Made by a program: the position numbers and the translations under genes | Notes under the pieces: generated by a model | Databases searched by the model: none | Seen by the model: only the letters and a program-made list of their open reading frames with translations | Told to the model about the DNA's origin: nothing | From: a virus | DNA length: 64,000 nucleotides | IMG/VR virus record: IMGVR_UViG_3300037851_000431 | Coordinates: 1-64,000 of that record | Direction: 5' to 3' (one strand) | Shown: in pieces, positions 17,617-28,200 of the stretch | Position numbering within the stretch: the stretch's first letter is position 1 | How the letters are laid out: each line of letters begins with the position of its first letter

Positions 17617-17995
17617 ATTTATTTTTCAAGAAGACTTTGGAAACAAAGTAGGTATTGATTTAATTAATGGCGTAATAATCTTCGGCTATGATAGCTGGGG
17701 TTTTCAGGGTGACGATGTAGAAATATATGGACCTAGAACAATTATAGTTATTTGTGATGAAACAACTATAGTTGGAGAGATAGGGGATATAGAACAAACC
17801 GAACCAGATGAAAATGGAACCGTTATCAATACTTTTATTCCTCTTATTTGGAGGCCTATCTGGTTTACACGCTATATTGGTGGCGAACCAACTAAAGTGG
17901 TAGGTGCCCAAACAACACTTCCACAAATGTATGGTGGAAGAAATGTTAAAAAACTTGTATCTATTTTTAATAATGGAAAATTAGGAATTGATTAA
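17525..17995 (+). CDS. hypothetical protein
   Basis: ATG 17525 after a GGAGG RBS. Confidence 0.6.
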   Translation: MGWTAIKKSGEVLREETHGRPVQEGEEGQLKFIFQEDFGNKVGIDLINGVIIFGYDSWGFQGDDVEIYGPRTIIVICDETTIVGEIGDIEQTEPDENGTVINTFIPLIWRPIWFTRYIGGEPTKVVGAQTTLPQMYGGRNVKKLVSIFNNGKLGID

Positions 17996-17997
17996 AG

Positions 17998-20130
17998 GTG
18001 ATTAAAATAGTAGCAACAATTACCGCAACACCATCTTCTCTTAAAGTGGGGGAGATAGTAACTATAGCCTATACTGGATCAAATGGTGGTCCACTAAAAA
18101 TAACATTACCGACTGGCAGTGTTTATTCAAGGGCAACTGTAGTAGGTTCGGGATCAATAATCTACACCCCAACATTAGCTGGTTCTTTCAAGGTAGAATT
18201 AATTTCACTTAAGCCACCACGAAAACCAATAGCCAGAACAAGTTTTACTGTTACCAGTATATCTCCCCCACCACCCCCACCTGATCCACTTCCTACAGCA
18301 CCAACAGGGCTTAAAGCGACCGGCGGGGATAAACTTGTAAATCTATCGTGGGAGGTAGTAGCCTTGGCAGTATCTTATAAAATCTATCGAGATAATGTAG
18401 CAGTTGGTACATCTACCTCTCCATCATTTACGAATACCGGATTGACAAACGGGCAGTCTTACAGTTTCAAGGTTTCGGCTGTTAACGCTGTTGGGGAAGG
18501 CCCGTTTTCTAATAGCGTAAGTGCTACTCCCTTATCCAGCGGTACAACTATTAACGTGCCCTCTGGTGGTAAAGGTGTAACGATTACGCAGAATAATCAA
18601 ATCGTAGAAAATCTAACTATTATTGGTCCGGGGGCAACCGAAAGTGTTGGCACATATGGTATATATGCAAACGGTGCCTATTCTGGTGTAGTTATTCGCA
18701 ATTGCACAATTAAAAATATTTCTGGTTCAGGTATGTGGCTAATCAATTTGGTAAATCCTGTAATTGAGGATTGTATTATTGAAGATGTAGCCTATTCTGG
18801 AATCATGACGCTTGGTTGGACTGGTGGGCGCATAAGCCGCAATACGATTCGCCGTGTAGGAGTAAATGGGCCATTTAATGGAAACAATAATGCCTACGGT
18901 ATAGCAATTTCAGGTTTAACATCTACCACTAGGTCGTCAGATGTAATAGTTAACGACAATATTATTACAGATGTTCCATTCTGGCACGGATTGGATACCC
19001 ACGGGGGCTTAAGAATTACTTTTAGTCATAATACTGTTCGCAGATCGCCAAGAGCAGTCTTCATAACTTCAGGAGATTTTTCTGGCGGGGAATATTTTGC
19101 TACCAGTTGTGTTATTAAAGATAACCTATTTACTGAGCCAGTACAGGTTTCAGGTGGAACCAATCCTACCGCAATGACCACATATGCTACCTCCAATTGT
19201 TCCTTTACTGGAAATCATATTGGAGCAGCCTATGGATCAGCAGGTGTGTATGACTATCTTGGTCAATCTACCGGGCTTGTACAGTCGAACAATATCATAA
19301 GCGAGACTTTACCAACTGTTACTATTCCTGCTGGATTCCTATCTTATACTGCTCGTAGCCCATTTACTCTTCAAGATGTTAACGATATTGAACTATCCTA
19401 CTTTACCATTAAAGATTTTGCTTCCGTTGGAATTACCCTAAGAAGGGTCAAAAGAGCGTATATTCACCATGTTGATCTTGCTAATCTAGTTGGAGGAATC
19501 TATTTAGATAGTTGTGAGGATATAATTATTGAAGATGTTCGTGGGCGAAATATTGGTGACGGTACAATTGGCTCTGGTCATAGTAATTATATTCAGTTTG
19601 CCACTACCCGTGGTGGAGCAGTTAGACGCTGTAAATTCTTGGGTGGTAGAACAGAGGATATGATTTCAATCTGGCATTCTGGTGGCTGGAGTTCTTCTAA
19701 TCCATTATTAATAGAAGATAACAAACTTCAAGGTTTAGTTTCTGATACTACCGATGCCAAGGCTTGGACAAGCAGTTCTGGTACTGGTATTATTATTAGT
19801 GATGGTGCTGGTCATGCCTACAATGGAAATGTTACAGTTCGTAGAAATACCCTTCTAACGCCGGGACAAGTGGGAATTCAGCATATCGATGGCCCAAATA
19901 TTAAAACTTATTCAAATATAGTTTATGGTCAACAGCGTTCCAACTCCAACGTAGGAATGTCTTCGTGGGAAGGAACGCCTTATGCAGAGATTTATAGTAA
20001 TCAGGTACGTTGGTATGCTGCTGGGGGCAATGAGAATCCCTATTGGTGGGTAAATCCAGCAGTTATCAATGAACACGATAATGATTGGCACGCAAATATC
20101 GATCCTAACTCATTAGTGGTCGTATTATAG
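17998..20130 (+). CDS. Fn3 plus right-handed beta-helix (pectin lyase-like) protein, possible depolymerase
   Basis: Poly-Pro linker; Fn3 PTAPTGL..LSW..YKIYRD..YSFKVSAVNAVGEG; IRNCTI/IEDCII/ISRNTI beta-helix repeats in two blocks. Confidence 0.8.
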   Translation: MIKIVATITATPSSLKVGEIVTIAYTGSNGGPLKITLPTGSVYSRATVVGSGSIIYTPTLAGSFKVELISLKPPRKPIARTSFTVTSISPPPPPPDPLPTAPTGLKATGGDKLVNLSWEVVALAVSYKIYRDNVAVGTSTSPSFTNTGLTNGQSYSFKVSAVNAVGEGPFSNSVSATPLSSGTTINVPSGGKGVTITQNNQIVENLTIIGPGATESVGTYGIYANGAYSGVVIRNCTIKNISGSGMWLINLVNPVIEDCIIEDVAYSGIMTLGWTGGRISRNTIRRVGVNGPFNGNNNAYGIAISGLTSTTRSSDVIVNDNIITDVPFWHGLDTHGGLRITFSHNTVRRSPRAVFITSGDFSGGEYFATSCVIKDNLFTEPVQVSGGTNPTAMTTYATSNCSFTGNHIGAAYGSAGVYDYLGQSTGLVQSNNIISETLPTVTIPAGFLSYTARSPFTLQDVNDIELSYFTIKDFASVGITLRRVKRAYIHHVDLANLVGGIYLDSCEDIIIEDVRGRNIGDGTIGSGHSNYIQFATTRGGAVRRCKFLGGRTEDMISIWHSGGWSSSNPLLIEDNKLQGLVSDTTDAKAWTSSSGTGIIISDGAGHAYNGNVTVRRNTLLTPGQVGIQHIDGPNIKTYSNIVYGQQRSNSNVGMSSWEGTPYAEIYSNQVRWYAAGGNENPYWWVNPAVINEHDNDWHANIDPNSLVVVL

Positions 20131-20238
20131 GAGAAATACAATTTTGGATAAGAACAAAGCTAAATTGATACATGACACTCAACACTTTGAATATGTTATA
20201 GGATGCCCTTGGTGTGCAAAGAGGTCGGGTGAAGTTTA

Positions 20239-20379
20239 ATGTCACCGTCAGTCAGTAAAAAGCAATTCGGCAAAATGGGAGTCCTGTACAAACAGGGCAA
20301 GATAAGCCGAGATACCCTAGAAGACTTTAACAAGGGAGTAAGTCCTAAGAAACTTCCAACGAGAAAGAAGCCAAAGTAA
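20239..20379 (+). CDS. small basic protein (46 aa, not in ORF track)
   Basis: MSPSVSKKQFGKMGVLYKQGKISRDTLEDFNKGVSPKKLPTRKKPK, after a GGGTGA RBS. Confidence 0.55.
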   Translation: MSPSVSKKQFGKMGVLYKQGKISRDTLEDFNKGVSPKKLPTRKKPK

Positions 20380-20436
20380 ACAAGAAGTAATTCAATACTT
20401 TTACCCATACAAGGGGATGATCTAGTTGAATAGAAG

Positions 20437-20484
20437 AATAACCGGAGTGAAGACATTAAAAATCTTCGCTCCGGTTATTTTTTT
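20437..20484 (+). terminator. intrinsic terminator
   Basis: AACCGGAGTGAAGA...TCTTCGCTCCGGTT followed by T7. Confidence 0.75.
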
Positions 20485-20521
20485 GTCTTTTACCCCAAAT
20501 TCAGTTTTGGGGGTGAGATAA

Positions 20522-23500
20522 ATGGCAATTAGCGTGAGGGCAGCAGAAGAATGGGTAGCAGTTAACGCTACCACACAAACCGTATCATTACCGACTCACG
20601 CAGCCGGTGATATGTTAATTGTTCGTGCTGCCTGTAAGCCCTATACTGCCACAATTACATGTAGCACGACTGGCTGGAACCCTGTAGGGAATCAATATAC
20701 CAACGGTACTACCGCCAATGGTAACGGTACAGGTTCTCTTGCTTTCCGCACCTTCTACAAGATTGCTGAGTCAGCCTCAGAGACAAATCCTGTCATTGCT
20801 TGGGGTACGACTGCTGCTCCCGGCGGTGCTGTTGCAATCTCCTATCAGAAAGGTTCTGACGAGTTCTGGATAACACCAACTGGTGCCGGTGGTGGAGACT
20901 CAACCGCCAGAACATCTCAGACTTGTACGATTTCATCGCATATCAGCGTAACTGCTGGTGATATGATAGATTTTTGGTTGGCATGGTGTGATAATTACGC
21001 GAGTACAAATCCTACAATTACGCAGACAGGAGTAACATACGATACCGTTGCTGAATATCCTGCTACAGCATTGTCTTCTGCTACATCAAATGATATGGCC
21101 GCAGATGGTGGCTATCGATTAGCATCATCTGGTACATCAAGTGCAGCGGCAGTAGTTACCGCTACATTTGGCAACTCTGAAGAGGGTGGCGCATGGCAGA
21201 CAAGATTGCGAGTAGCAACTTCTAGTAGATCGTATGCTCAGGCAAATGCCAAAATTAAAGCTATTGGTGTACAAGGCTATGCACAAGCGAACGCACAAAT
21301 TTCTGCTGCTGGTGGGGGCCAAGCTGCATATGTCCAATCCATAGGTTCCAATAGTACAACCTCAACAGTCACTAGTCTTGTTATTTCAACTAGCAAGACA
21401 GTAACAGTTGGAAATACGATAATTGTTATATTTGCTAGTTATAATACAACTGCTCCCACAAGTGTTGTTGATAATCTAGGTAATACTTATTCAGAAATCA
21501 GTTATAAATCTTATACTTCCCCAACCTTCAACGAGAGAATGTACGCCGCACCGATTACAACTGGTGGAACATTAACTTCGCTTACTGCTAATTTCAGTAG
21601 CCGGAGTTATGTATCTATTGTTGCCGATGAGTTTTCTGGTTTGTCTGCTTCTTCAACAGATGGTGGAAACAGTTCTGGTAGTAGCGCGACTGCAACATGG
21701 TCCTCATCTTCTACGATTCCAGCAAATGGGATAATAATAGGTGGGGTTGTAAGCCAAAACCCACGCACTCATACTGCTGGTTCCGCTAGTGGATCACCCT
21801 CCACCAGCATATCTATGGGTACTAAAGCAGACTCTCCGAATGATCCTTCTACCTCACTTGCATATGCAATTTCTTCTGGTTCTGAAGTTACATCGTTTGT
21901 TGGAACCACATCCCTAGGCCTATCAACTGCTTGGATCGGTACTTCAAGAATTTTTGGTCCTGCTGCTGGGGCAACAACAAAAACAACTTATGCACAAGCA
22001 CAAGCAACAATCTTTGCCACTTATCGAGGATATGCACAATCTCAAGTTTATACAGTATATCCAGATACCTTGGCTTACGATACTTTTACTCGTACCGAAT
22101 CAAATACTTGGGGCACATCAGATAGTAATCATGTCTGGACTGTAAATGGGTATGGTAGCAATCCTCAAAATAACTTTGATGTAGCCTCTGGTGTTGGTAC
22201 CATTTCCATACCAGCAGCTGGTTCTGGATATCAGCAATCAGCGCGATTGGGTGCCTATTTCTTACGAGGTGACTATTCGTTTAAATTTAAGGGACCGGCT
22301 GTAAGTGGAGCCACGTTAAATATTCAAGCAATTTTTCGTTATCTTCACATGGGCTCTGTTTCCAAAGATGCCTATAAATTAGTAATATTTATTCTTACTG
22401 ATAATCAATTTGATATTCAATTTCAAAGGGTTGTCGATGGTTCTAGTACGGGGTTTGGTGGAGGTTTAAACGGGCGTTCCTATGTAGCAGATACTTGGTT
22501 TAATGTAAGAGTACAATTCTGGCAGAGTAATAGTACCACAACTTCTATGCGGGGGCGAGTATGGAAAGCCTCTGATCCAGAGCCTACAACGTGGGATCAA
22601 ACTCAAACCGATTCCACAGCCGGTATGTTACAAAATATGTATACCCCTATAGGTATAGATGCACTAGTAGGATCAGCTTGGACAGGAGATTTACCGGCTA
22701 TTATATCATTCGATGATATTAATATGGCGGATGAATTACCTACCAGAGTATCTGCATTAGCACAGACTACTATATCTGTTGCTGCGGTTACTTACACAAG
22801 CTATGCACAATCTCTGGCTAGAATCAAGCAAACTTACCCGTTTACAAGCATTACTACTTATGCCCAAGATTCATTTACAAGAACCGTTTCCAATGGCTGG
22901 GGTACAGCAGATATTGGCGGGGCATGGACTTCCAGCGCTAATCCTTCTTGGGATTCAGTAGACGGTTCGGCAGCAAAGATCGCCATTGCTACTGGTGATA
23001 CAAGTGAATTTTTGCGGTTAGACTCTGTTTCTGTGTCTGATATAGATCAGTGTATTACTTGGAGCATGGACAAAATACCAACAGGTGCTGTCGCTGCTGT
23101 ACACTTATTTGCTAGACGTGATAGCAATAATTACTATGTAAATGTTCGATGCTATATTGGTACTACTGGGACTGTAACTCTTAACTTTAGAGCATTTACA
23201 TCAAGCGGAAATTACACTCTAGCCACCGAAACTAGTTCCCTTGGTACCTACGGTGTAGGAGATACTTGGCGGCTAAGATTCCGTGTTTATGGAAACATGG
23301 TATATGCCAAGACTTGGAATTCTACTTCATCAGAGCCTACTGCTTGGCAAACATCTGCTGATATCAGCAGTTATTCCATTCCTTCAACGGGGTCGATAGG
23401 TGTTTGGGCATGGAATAGTGCAAGTATAAGTAATTTACCTATTACCTATACTTATGATAATTATTTGGCCCAATCTCCCTATGATTTCCCATTTGCTCAA

Positions 23501-25231
23501 GCACAAGCACAGATTTCTGCTGCTGTCGCAGTTACTTATCGAGGATATGCGCAAGCACAAACGCACATTAAACAAACCTATCGAGTTTGGGCGCAAGGTC
23601 AAGCACAAATTAAAACAACATATAAAGTCTATGCTCAAGTTAATGCCAAGATAATCCTCTTGCGCCAAGTTAATGCTCAGGCCCAAGCCATAATTAAGCA
23701 GACTTATCGGAGTTATGCACAGAGCCAAGCAAAAATTATTTTATCCAGTATTAAGGGTTATGCACAGTCCCAAGCATGGATAAAGCGAGCGTACCAGTCT
23801 TATGCTCAAGCACAGAGCCGCATTAAACAAACGTATCGTGGTTACGCTCAAGCCCAAGGACAAGTCAAACAGATTTACAGAGTTTGGGCGCAAGCAAATA
23901 CCAAGGTTATACTATCTAATCTACAAGCCTATGCCCAAGGTCAAGTCCAAATAAAGACTACCTATAGAGGATACGCACAGGCTAATGCCAAGATCATTTT
24001 GTCTGGACTCTTGGTGTATGCACAGGCTCAGTCTAGAATCAAGCAAACCTACCAAAATTATGCACAGGGCCAAGCGTGGATAAAGCAGACTTATCGATTC
24101 TATGCACAAGCCAATACGAAGATTATTTTGTCAGCTTTGCAAGTCTACGCGCAAGCACAGGCAATCATTAAGCAAACGTATCAGGGTTATGCGCAAGGCC
24201 AAGCGAAGATCATTCTATCCAACGTGAAAGGCTACGCTCAGGCTAATGTAAAGATTATTCTTTCTGGTCTACAAGGGTATGCTCAGTCACAGGTGTGCAT
24301 AAAATCCACCTACCTTGGATATGCACAGGGTAATACCTATATCAAAGTAACTGGTATTAATTCCTGCGCCCAAGCGCAAGCACAAATAAAGCAAGCCTAT
24401 CAAGCCTATGCACAGGCTCAGGTTCAATTAAGGACTTCCTATAACGGCTATGCCCAAGCACAGTCTCGGATTAAAACAACGTACATAACATGGGCACAAG
24501 GTAATGCACTTATCAAGGCTACTTCAAATACGTATGCACAAGCACAGGCACAAGTAAAGCAGACTTATAGAGTTTGGGCGCAAGGTAATGCTAAGATCAT
24601 TCTTTCAAATCTACAAGGATACGCACAAACTCAAGCAACAATTAAAGCAACCTATACTGTATTCGCACAAGCACAGACCTATATTAAACTTGACGCTCTC
24701 CAAGCCTATGCACAGGGCCAAGCGCAGATCAAGACTACGTATAAAGATTATGCCCAAGCGCAAGCATACATTAAGCAAACATATTTGGCTTATGCTCAAT
24801 CACAAGCAAGTATTAAAGCAACTTATCTAGCATACGCCCAAGCACAGGCAATTATTAAAACAACATATCAAAGATATGCACAGACACAATCGCTAATCAA
24901 ACAAATCTATAATGCGCATGGACAGGCTCAGGCAAAGATTATCCTATCCGGGTTAAATGTTTATGCCCAAGCTCAAGCGCAAATAAAGGCTGTATATTTA
25001 GGTTATGCTCAATCCAATACTTATATTAAACTATCTGGAATAATTTATAGTGCACAGGCGCAATCTCTCATCGTTGTCAAGGATATAGAAGCATTTGCTC
25101 AGGCGGGCGCAACAATAGCAGCCACAGGTCAAGGATATGCCCAAGCAGAAGTAGAGATTTATATTCCTCAAATAGCACGACCAATTGCTGATATCAGTAA
25201 TGATGGCTGGGTAAGGACGGTGAGAGACTAA
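20522..25231 (+). CDS. giant AQAQA-repeat virion fibre/adhesin protein 1
   Basis: Several beta-sandwich-like modules separated by YAQAQA linkers, then more than 40 tandem 13/14-aa repeats. Confidence 0.75.
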   Translation: MAISVRAAEEWVAVNATTQTVSLPTHAAGDMLIVRAACKPYTATITCSTTGWNPVGNQYTNGTTANGNGTGSLAFRTFYKIAESASETNPVIAWGTTAAPGGAVAISYQKGSDEFWITPTGAGGGDSTARTSQTCTISSHISVTAGDMIDFWLAWCDNYASTNPTITQTGVTYDTVAEYPATALSSATSNDMAADGGYRLASSGTSSAAAVVTATFGNSEEGGAWQTRLRVATSSRSYAQANAKIKAIGVQGYAQANAQISAAGGGQAAYVQSIGSNSTTSTVTSLVISTSKTVTVGNTIIVIFASYNTTAPTSVVDNLGNTYSEISYKSYTSPTFNERMYAAPITTGGTLTSLTANFSSRSYVSIVADEFSGLSASSTDGGNSSGSSATATWSSSSTIPANGIIIGGVVSQNPRTHTAGSASGSPSTSISMGTKADSPNDPSTSLAYAISSGSEVTSFVGTTSLGLSTAWIGTSRIFGPAAGATTKTTYAQAQATIFATYRGYAQSQVYTVYPDTLAYDTFTRTESNTWGTSDSNHVWTVNGYGSNPQNNFDVASGVGTISIPAAGSGYQQSARLGAYFLRGDYSFKFKGPAVSGATLNIQAIFRYLHMGSVSKDAYKLVIFILTDNQFDIQFQRVVDGSSTGFGGGLNGRSYVADTWFNVRVQFWQSNSTTTSMRGRVWKASDPEPTTWDQTQTDSTAGMLQNMYTPIGIDALVGSAWTGDLPAIISFDDINMADELPTRVSALAQTTISVAAVTYTSYAQSLARIKQTYPFTSITTYAQDSFTRTVSNGWGTADIGGAWTSSANPSWDSVDGSAAKIAIATGDTSEFLRLDSVSVSDIDQCITWSMDKIPTGAVAAVHLFARRDSNNYYVNVRCYIGTTGTVTLNFRAFTSSGNYTLATETSSLGTYGVGDTWRLRFRVYGNMVYAKTWNSTSSEPTAWQTSADISSYSIPSTGSIGVWAWNSASISNLPITYTYDNYLAQSPYDFPFAQAQAQISAAVAVTYRGYAQAQTHIKQTYRVWAQGQAQIKTTYKVYAQVNAKIILLRQVNAQAQAIIKQTYRSYAQSQAKIILSSIKGYAQSQAWIKRAYQSYAQAQSRIKQTYRGYAQAQGQVKQIYRVWAQANTKVILSNLQAYAQGQVQIKTTYRGYAQANAKIILSGLLVYAQAQSRIKQTYQNYAQGQAWIKQTYRFYAQANTKIILSALQVYAQAQAIIKQTYQGYAQGQAKIILSNVKGYAQANVKIILSGLQGYAQSQVCIKSTYLGYAQGNTYIKVTGINSCAQAQAQIKQAYQAYAQAQVQLRTSYNGYAQAQSRIKTTYITWAQGNALIKATSNTYAQAQAQVKQTYRVWAQGNAKIILSNLQGYAQTQATIKATYTVFAQAQTYIKLDALQAYAQGQAQIKTTYKDYAQAQAYIKQTYLAYAQSQASIKATYLAYAQAQAIIKTTYQRYAQTQSLIKQIYNAHGQAQAKIILSGLNVYAQAQAQIKAVYLGYAQSNTYIKLSGIIYSAQAQSLIVVKDIEAFAQAGATIAATGQGYAQAEVEIYIPQIARPIADISNDGWVRTVRD

Positions 25232-28200
25232 TGGCTAATGCAACGTACCTTCATGCGAGAATAACTACGCAGCAATCGCAGAATACGACTACGCTTACTA
25301 CTAAGCAAACTGTCAGTAGCTCTGATCTGTCCACCGCAGGGTTTGCTAACAATGATGAAGTTCTTGTTATCTGGTATTTCAAGGTTTCTCACTCAACAAC
25401 TAACGAAACTCGTGTTGATCTAACCTACAATACTGCCACAATAATGTCTGGAACAACCACAAGGTTAGACCTTGGGGCAGCGGGACGAGAACGGGCATTC
25501 ATGTTCATGGAAAGAGTAAGTCTTGGTACTCTTGCTGCCTTTGAAGTAAAGTTAGCTGATTCAACTACTACCTCTGCTTATTTGGAAAAGTCCGAGTTAT
25601 TCATTGTTAAGTTAGCCGATTTCGGGGTAGAAAATACTGATTGGTTCTGGAATAAAAACACAACGGTTACACAGAATACCACAACATATTCCGGTACTAA
25701 CCGTGCGGCAATAACTTGGACTCCACCCTCTGTTGAAGATTGGATTTACTTTGCTTATGCCCACCACGCAATAGACTCTGCCTCTGTTAATGCGGAAGGT
25801 CGGGTTGTGCTTGATGGTGCTTTACATTCTGGAGATTGGTCGATAGAAGGCGAATCTACAACAGAAGAAATCCCTGTTACTTGGTTTGCGGTTCTTTCAT
25901 CTCTGGCTGCTAGTGAACATACCTTGTCAATGGAGACAAGAGATGATACGACTACTGCTGCAAATGATCACAGGGAGTCTGCTATCTTCCTATTTAGGAA
26001 GAATAAGTGGTCTGATATCTATACGAATATTGCTGGTACGGTTGCTGTTGCCAATGGTTCAGATGTTCAGGTTGCTACGATAACTAATACTCTTACAGTT
26101 TCCCAGCCCCTAATAATTTGGGGCCAAGGAAATATGAATCTTGATACAGTAGATACTCAAGCTTATATGTGGATACGCCAAGGTGGATCAACAGTTATTG
26201 ATCCGCTTGGCAATACAGCTACAGGACTTGCTTCTGGTTATGCTTATGATGCTACGGATGAGGTACCACTTTCTGTCTTTGGTTATATATCTTCGGAATC
26301 AGGGGCACAGGATATCGATCTATTTGCCAGTCAAACTAACACAGCATCTAGAAACTTGCTGGGTACTGGACTCCTTGTTTGGGGCATGGCAAAGAAAAAT
26401 ACTTATAAAGTATCTGCACAGGCACAAGCACACGTTAAATCTATAGATGTGCAAGGTTATGCTCAGAGCGAAGCTTATATATTGGTAACAAGTAAGGTTT
26501 ACGCTCAGGCACAAACAGGGATTGTCCTACCATCATTTACCTATAAAGAATATGCTCAATCTTTGGGAGCAATAAAGCAGACATATCCTATATTTCCAAA
26601 GATACTTGCACAAGATACTTTTACAGAAGCGGGTACTGGCACAACAGAGCTTTATAATCACACGCCAGAGGTAGGCGGGTCGTGGGATAGTTCTAATGTT
26701 TATGTTAATAAGGATACTGATACGCTTGTTACTACTTATTCTGATACAGGTGAAGGGTTTCTTCGTTCAGTATTAATTAGTAATGCTTCTATATATTTTA
26801 CAGCTAGTGCAGGTAGCACAGTTGATTACCCAATAGCCTTATTGGCCAAAATTACGGGGGATATAAATCCTTCGTACTATATGCTTCTAGTATATAGAGG
26901 CTCGTCAACATATTGGGAATATTCTTTGGATAGGGTTTCGTTTGGAGGGCCGCCAGAAACTATTTCGTCTGGTATATCTACTGTCGCTTTCGGTAATAAT
27001 GCTAGAATGCTGTTCTTTGTAAGTGGGTATAGTCCTACCACACTTAAAGTAAAAGTTTGGGCGGCTACTGATGAGGAACCTAATTCATGGCTAGATACAC
27101 AAACTGATAATAATGGATCAAATCAGCATGAATCAGGGTATTTTGGATTGGCGTTAGCCGCAGATGCTTCCGGTGTTACGAGTGGCGACGATTTATTAAT
27201 TATTAGTCATGTTATAAATCCAACATTTGCTCAATCTCAAGCATCGGTTAAATCTATCGTTTCGGTTTGGGCGCAAGGTAACTCTTACATAAAGGTTACA
27301 GGGTTACAATCCTATGCCCAAGCGCAATCCCATATTAACCGAACAGAGCAAGGTTATGCACAGGCTCAAACCAGCATATTAAGAACAGGCTTAGTTTATG
27401 CACAGGCGCAATCAATAGTACTTAGAAGTGAGCAAGGATACGCCCAATCACAAGCAGATATTAAGCAAGGCTATAATGTATACGCGCAAGCAGCAGCAAT
27501 CATAACGATTACCGTGCAAGCCTATGCTCAGGCACAAACAGAGACTACCATACCAACTATGGGCGGATACGGTTACGCACAGGCTTTGGGGCAAATAGGA
27601 AGAATAGAAGACCTATATACAGCAATAGATGAAGTAACTGCTGATGATAATGATTATATAGTAAATATTGCGGACGGAAATGCTGTAATAAGTTTGGGAC
27701 CACTAGTAACTCCTGATTGGTTCCAAGACCACGTATTAAGAGTACGGTATCAAACTACAGGCACAGGTTCGGGGGGAACAATACAGTTACGTCAGGGTAC
27801 TACGATAATCTGGCAAACAACAGGAATTACCTCTTCTGATTGGACGCTTCTTGAATATGCATTAAACTCTTCGGAAATAGCAAGTATCACCGATTATACA
27901 GACCTCAACATTAAGTTTGAAACAAGTGACAAGTTCCTTGTGTCTTGGGTTGAGTTCCAAGTACCGTATGGTAGTGGGGCAAAGAAGACTAGAAAATATG
28001 CACAAGCGGAAGCATTTATCTATGTACCTATACAGACACTCAATGTTCATGCTCAGGCACAGGTTGTTATATTCCGCACAGAGCAAGGCTATGCACAGGC
28101 AAATGCTTGGCTCAAAGTTACCGACAATGTAACATCTGGTCAAGCACAGGCACAGATAAAAACAACTTCGTTTGCATATGCCAACGCTCAGGGTACAGTA

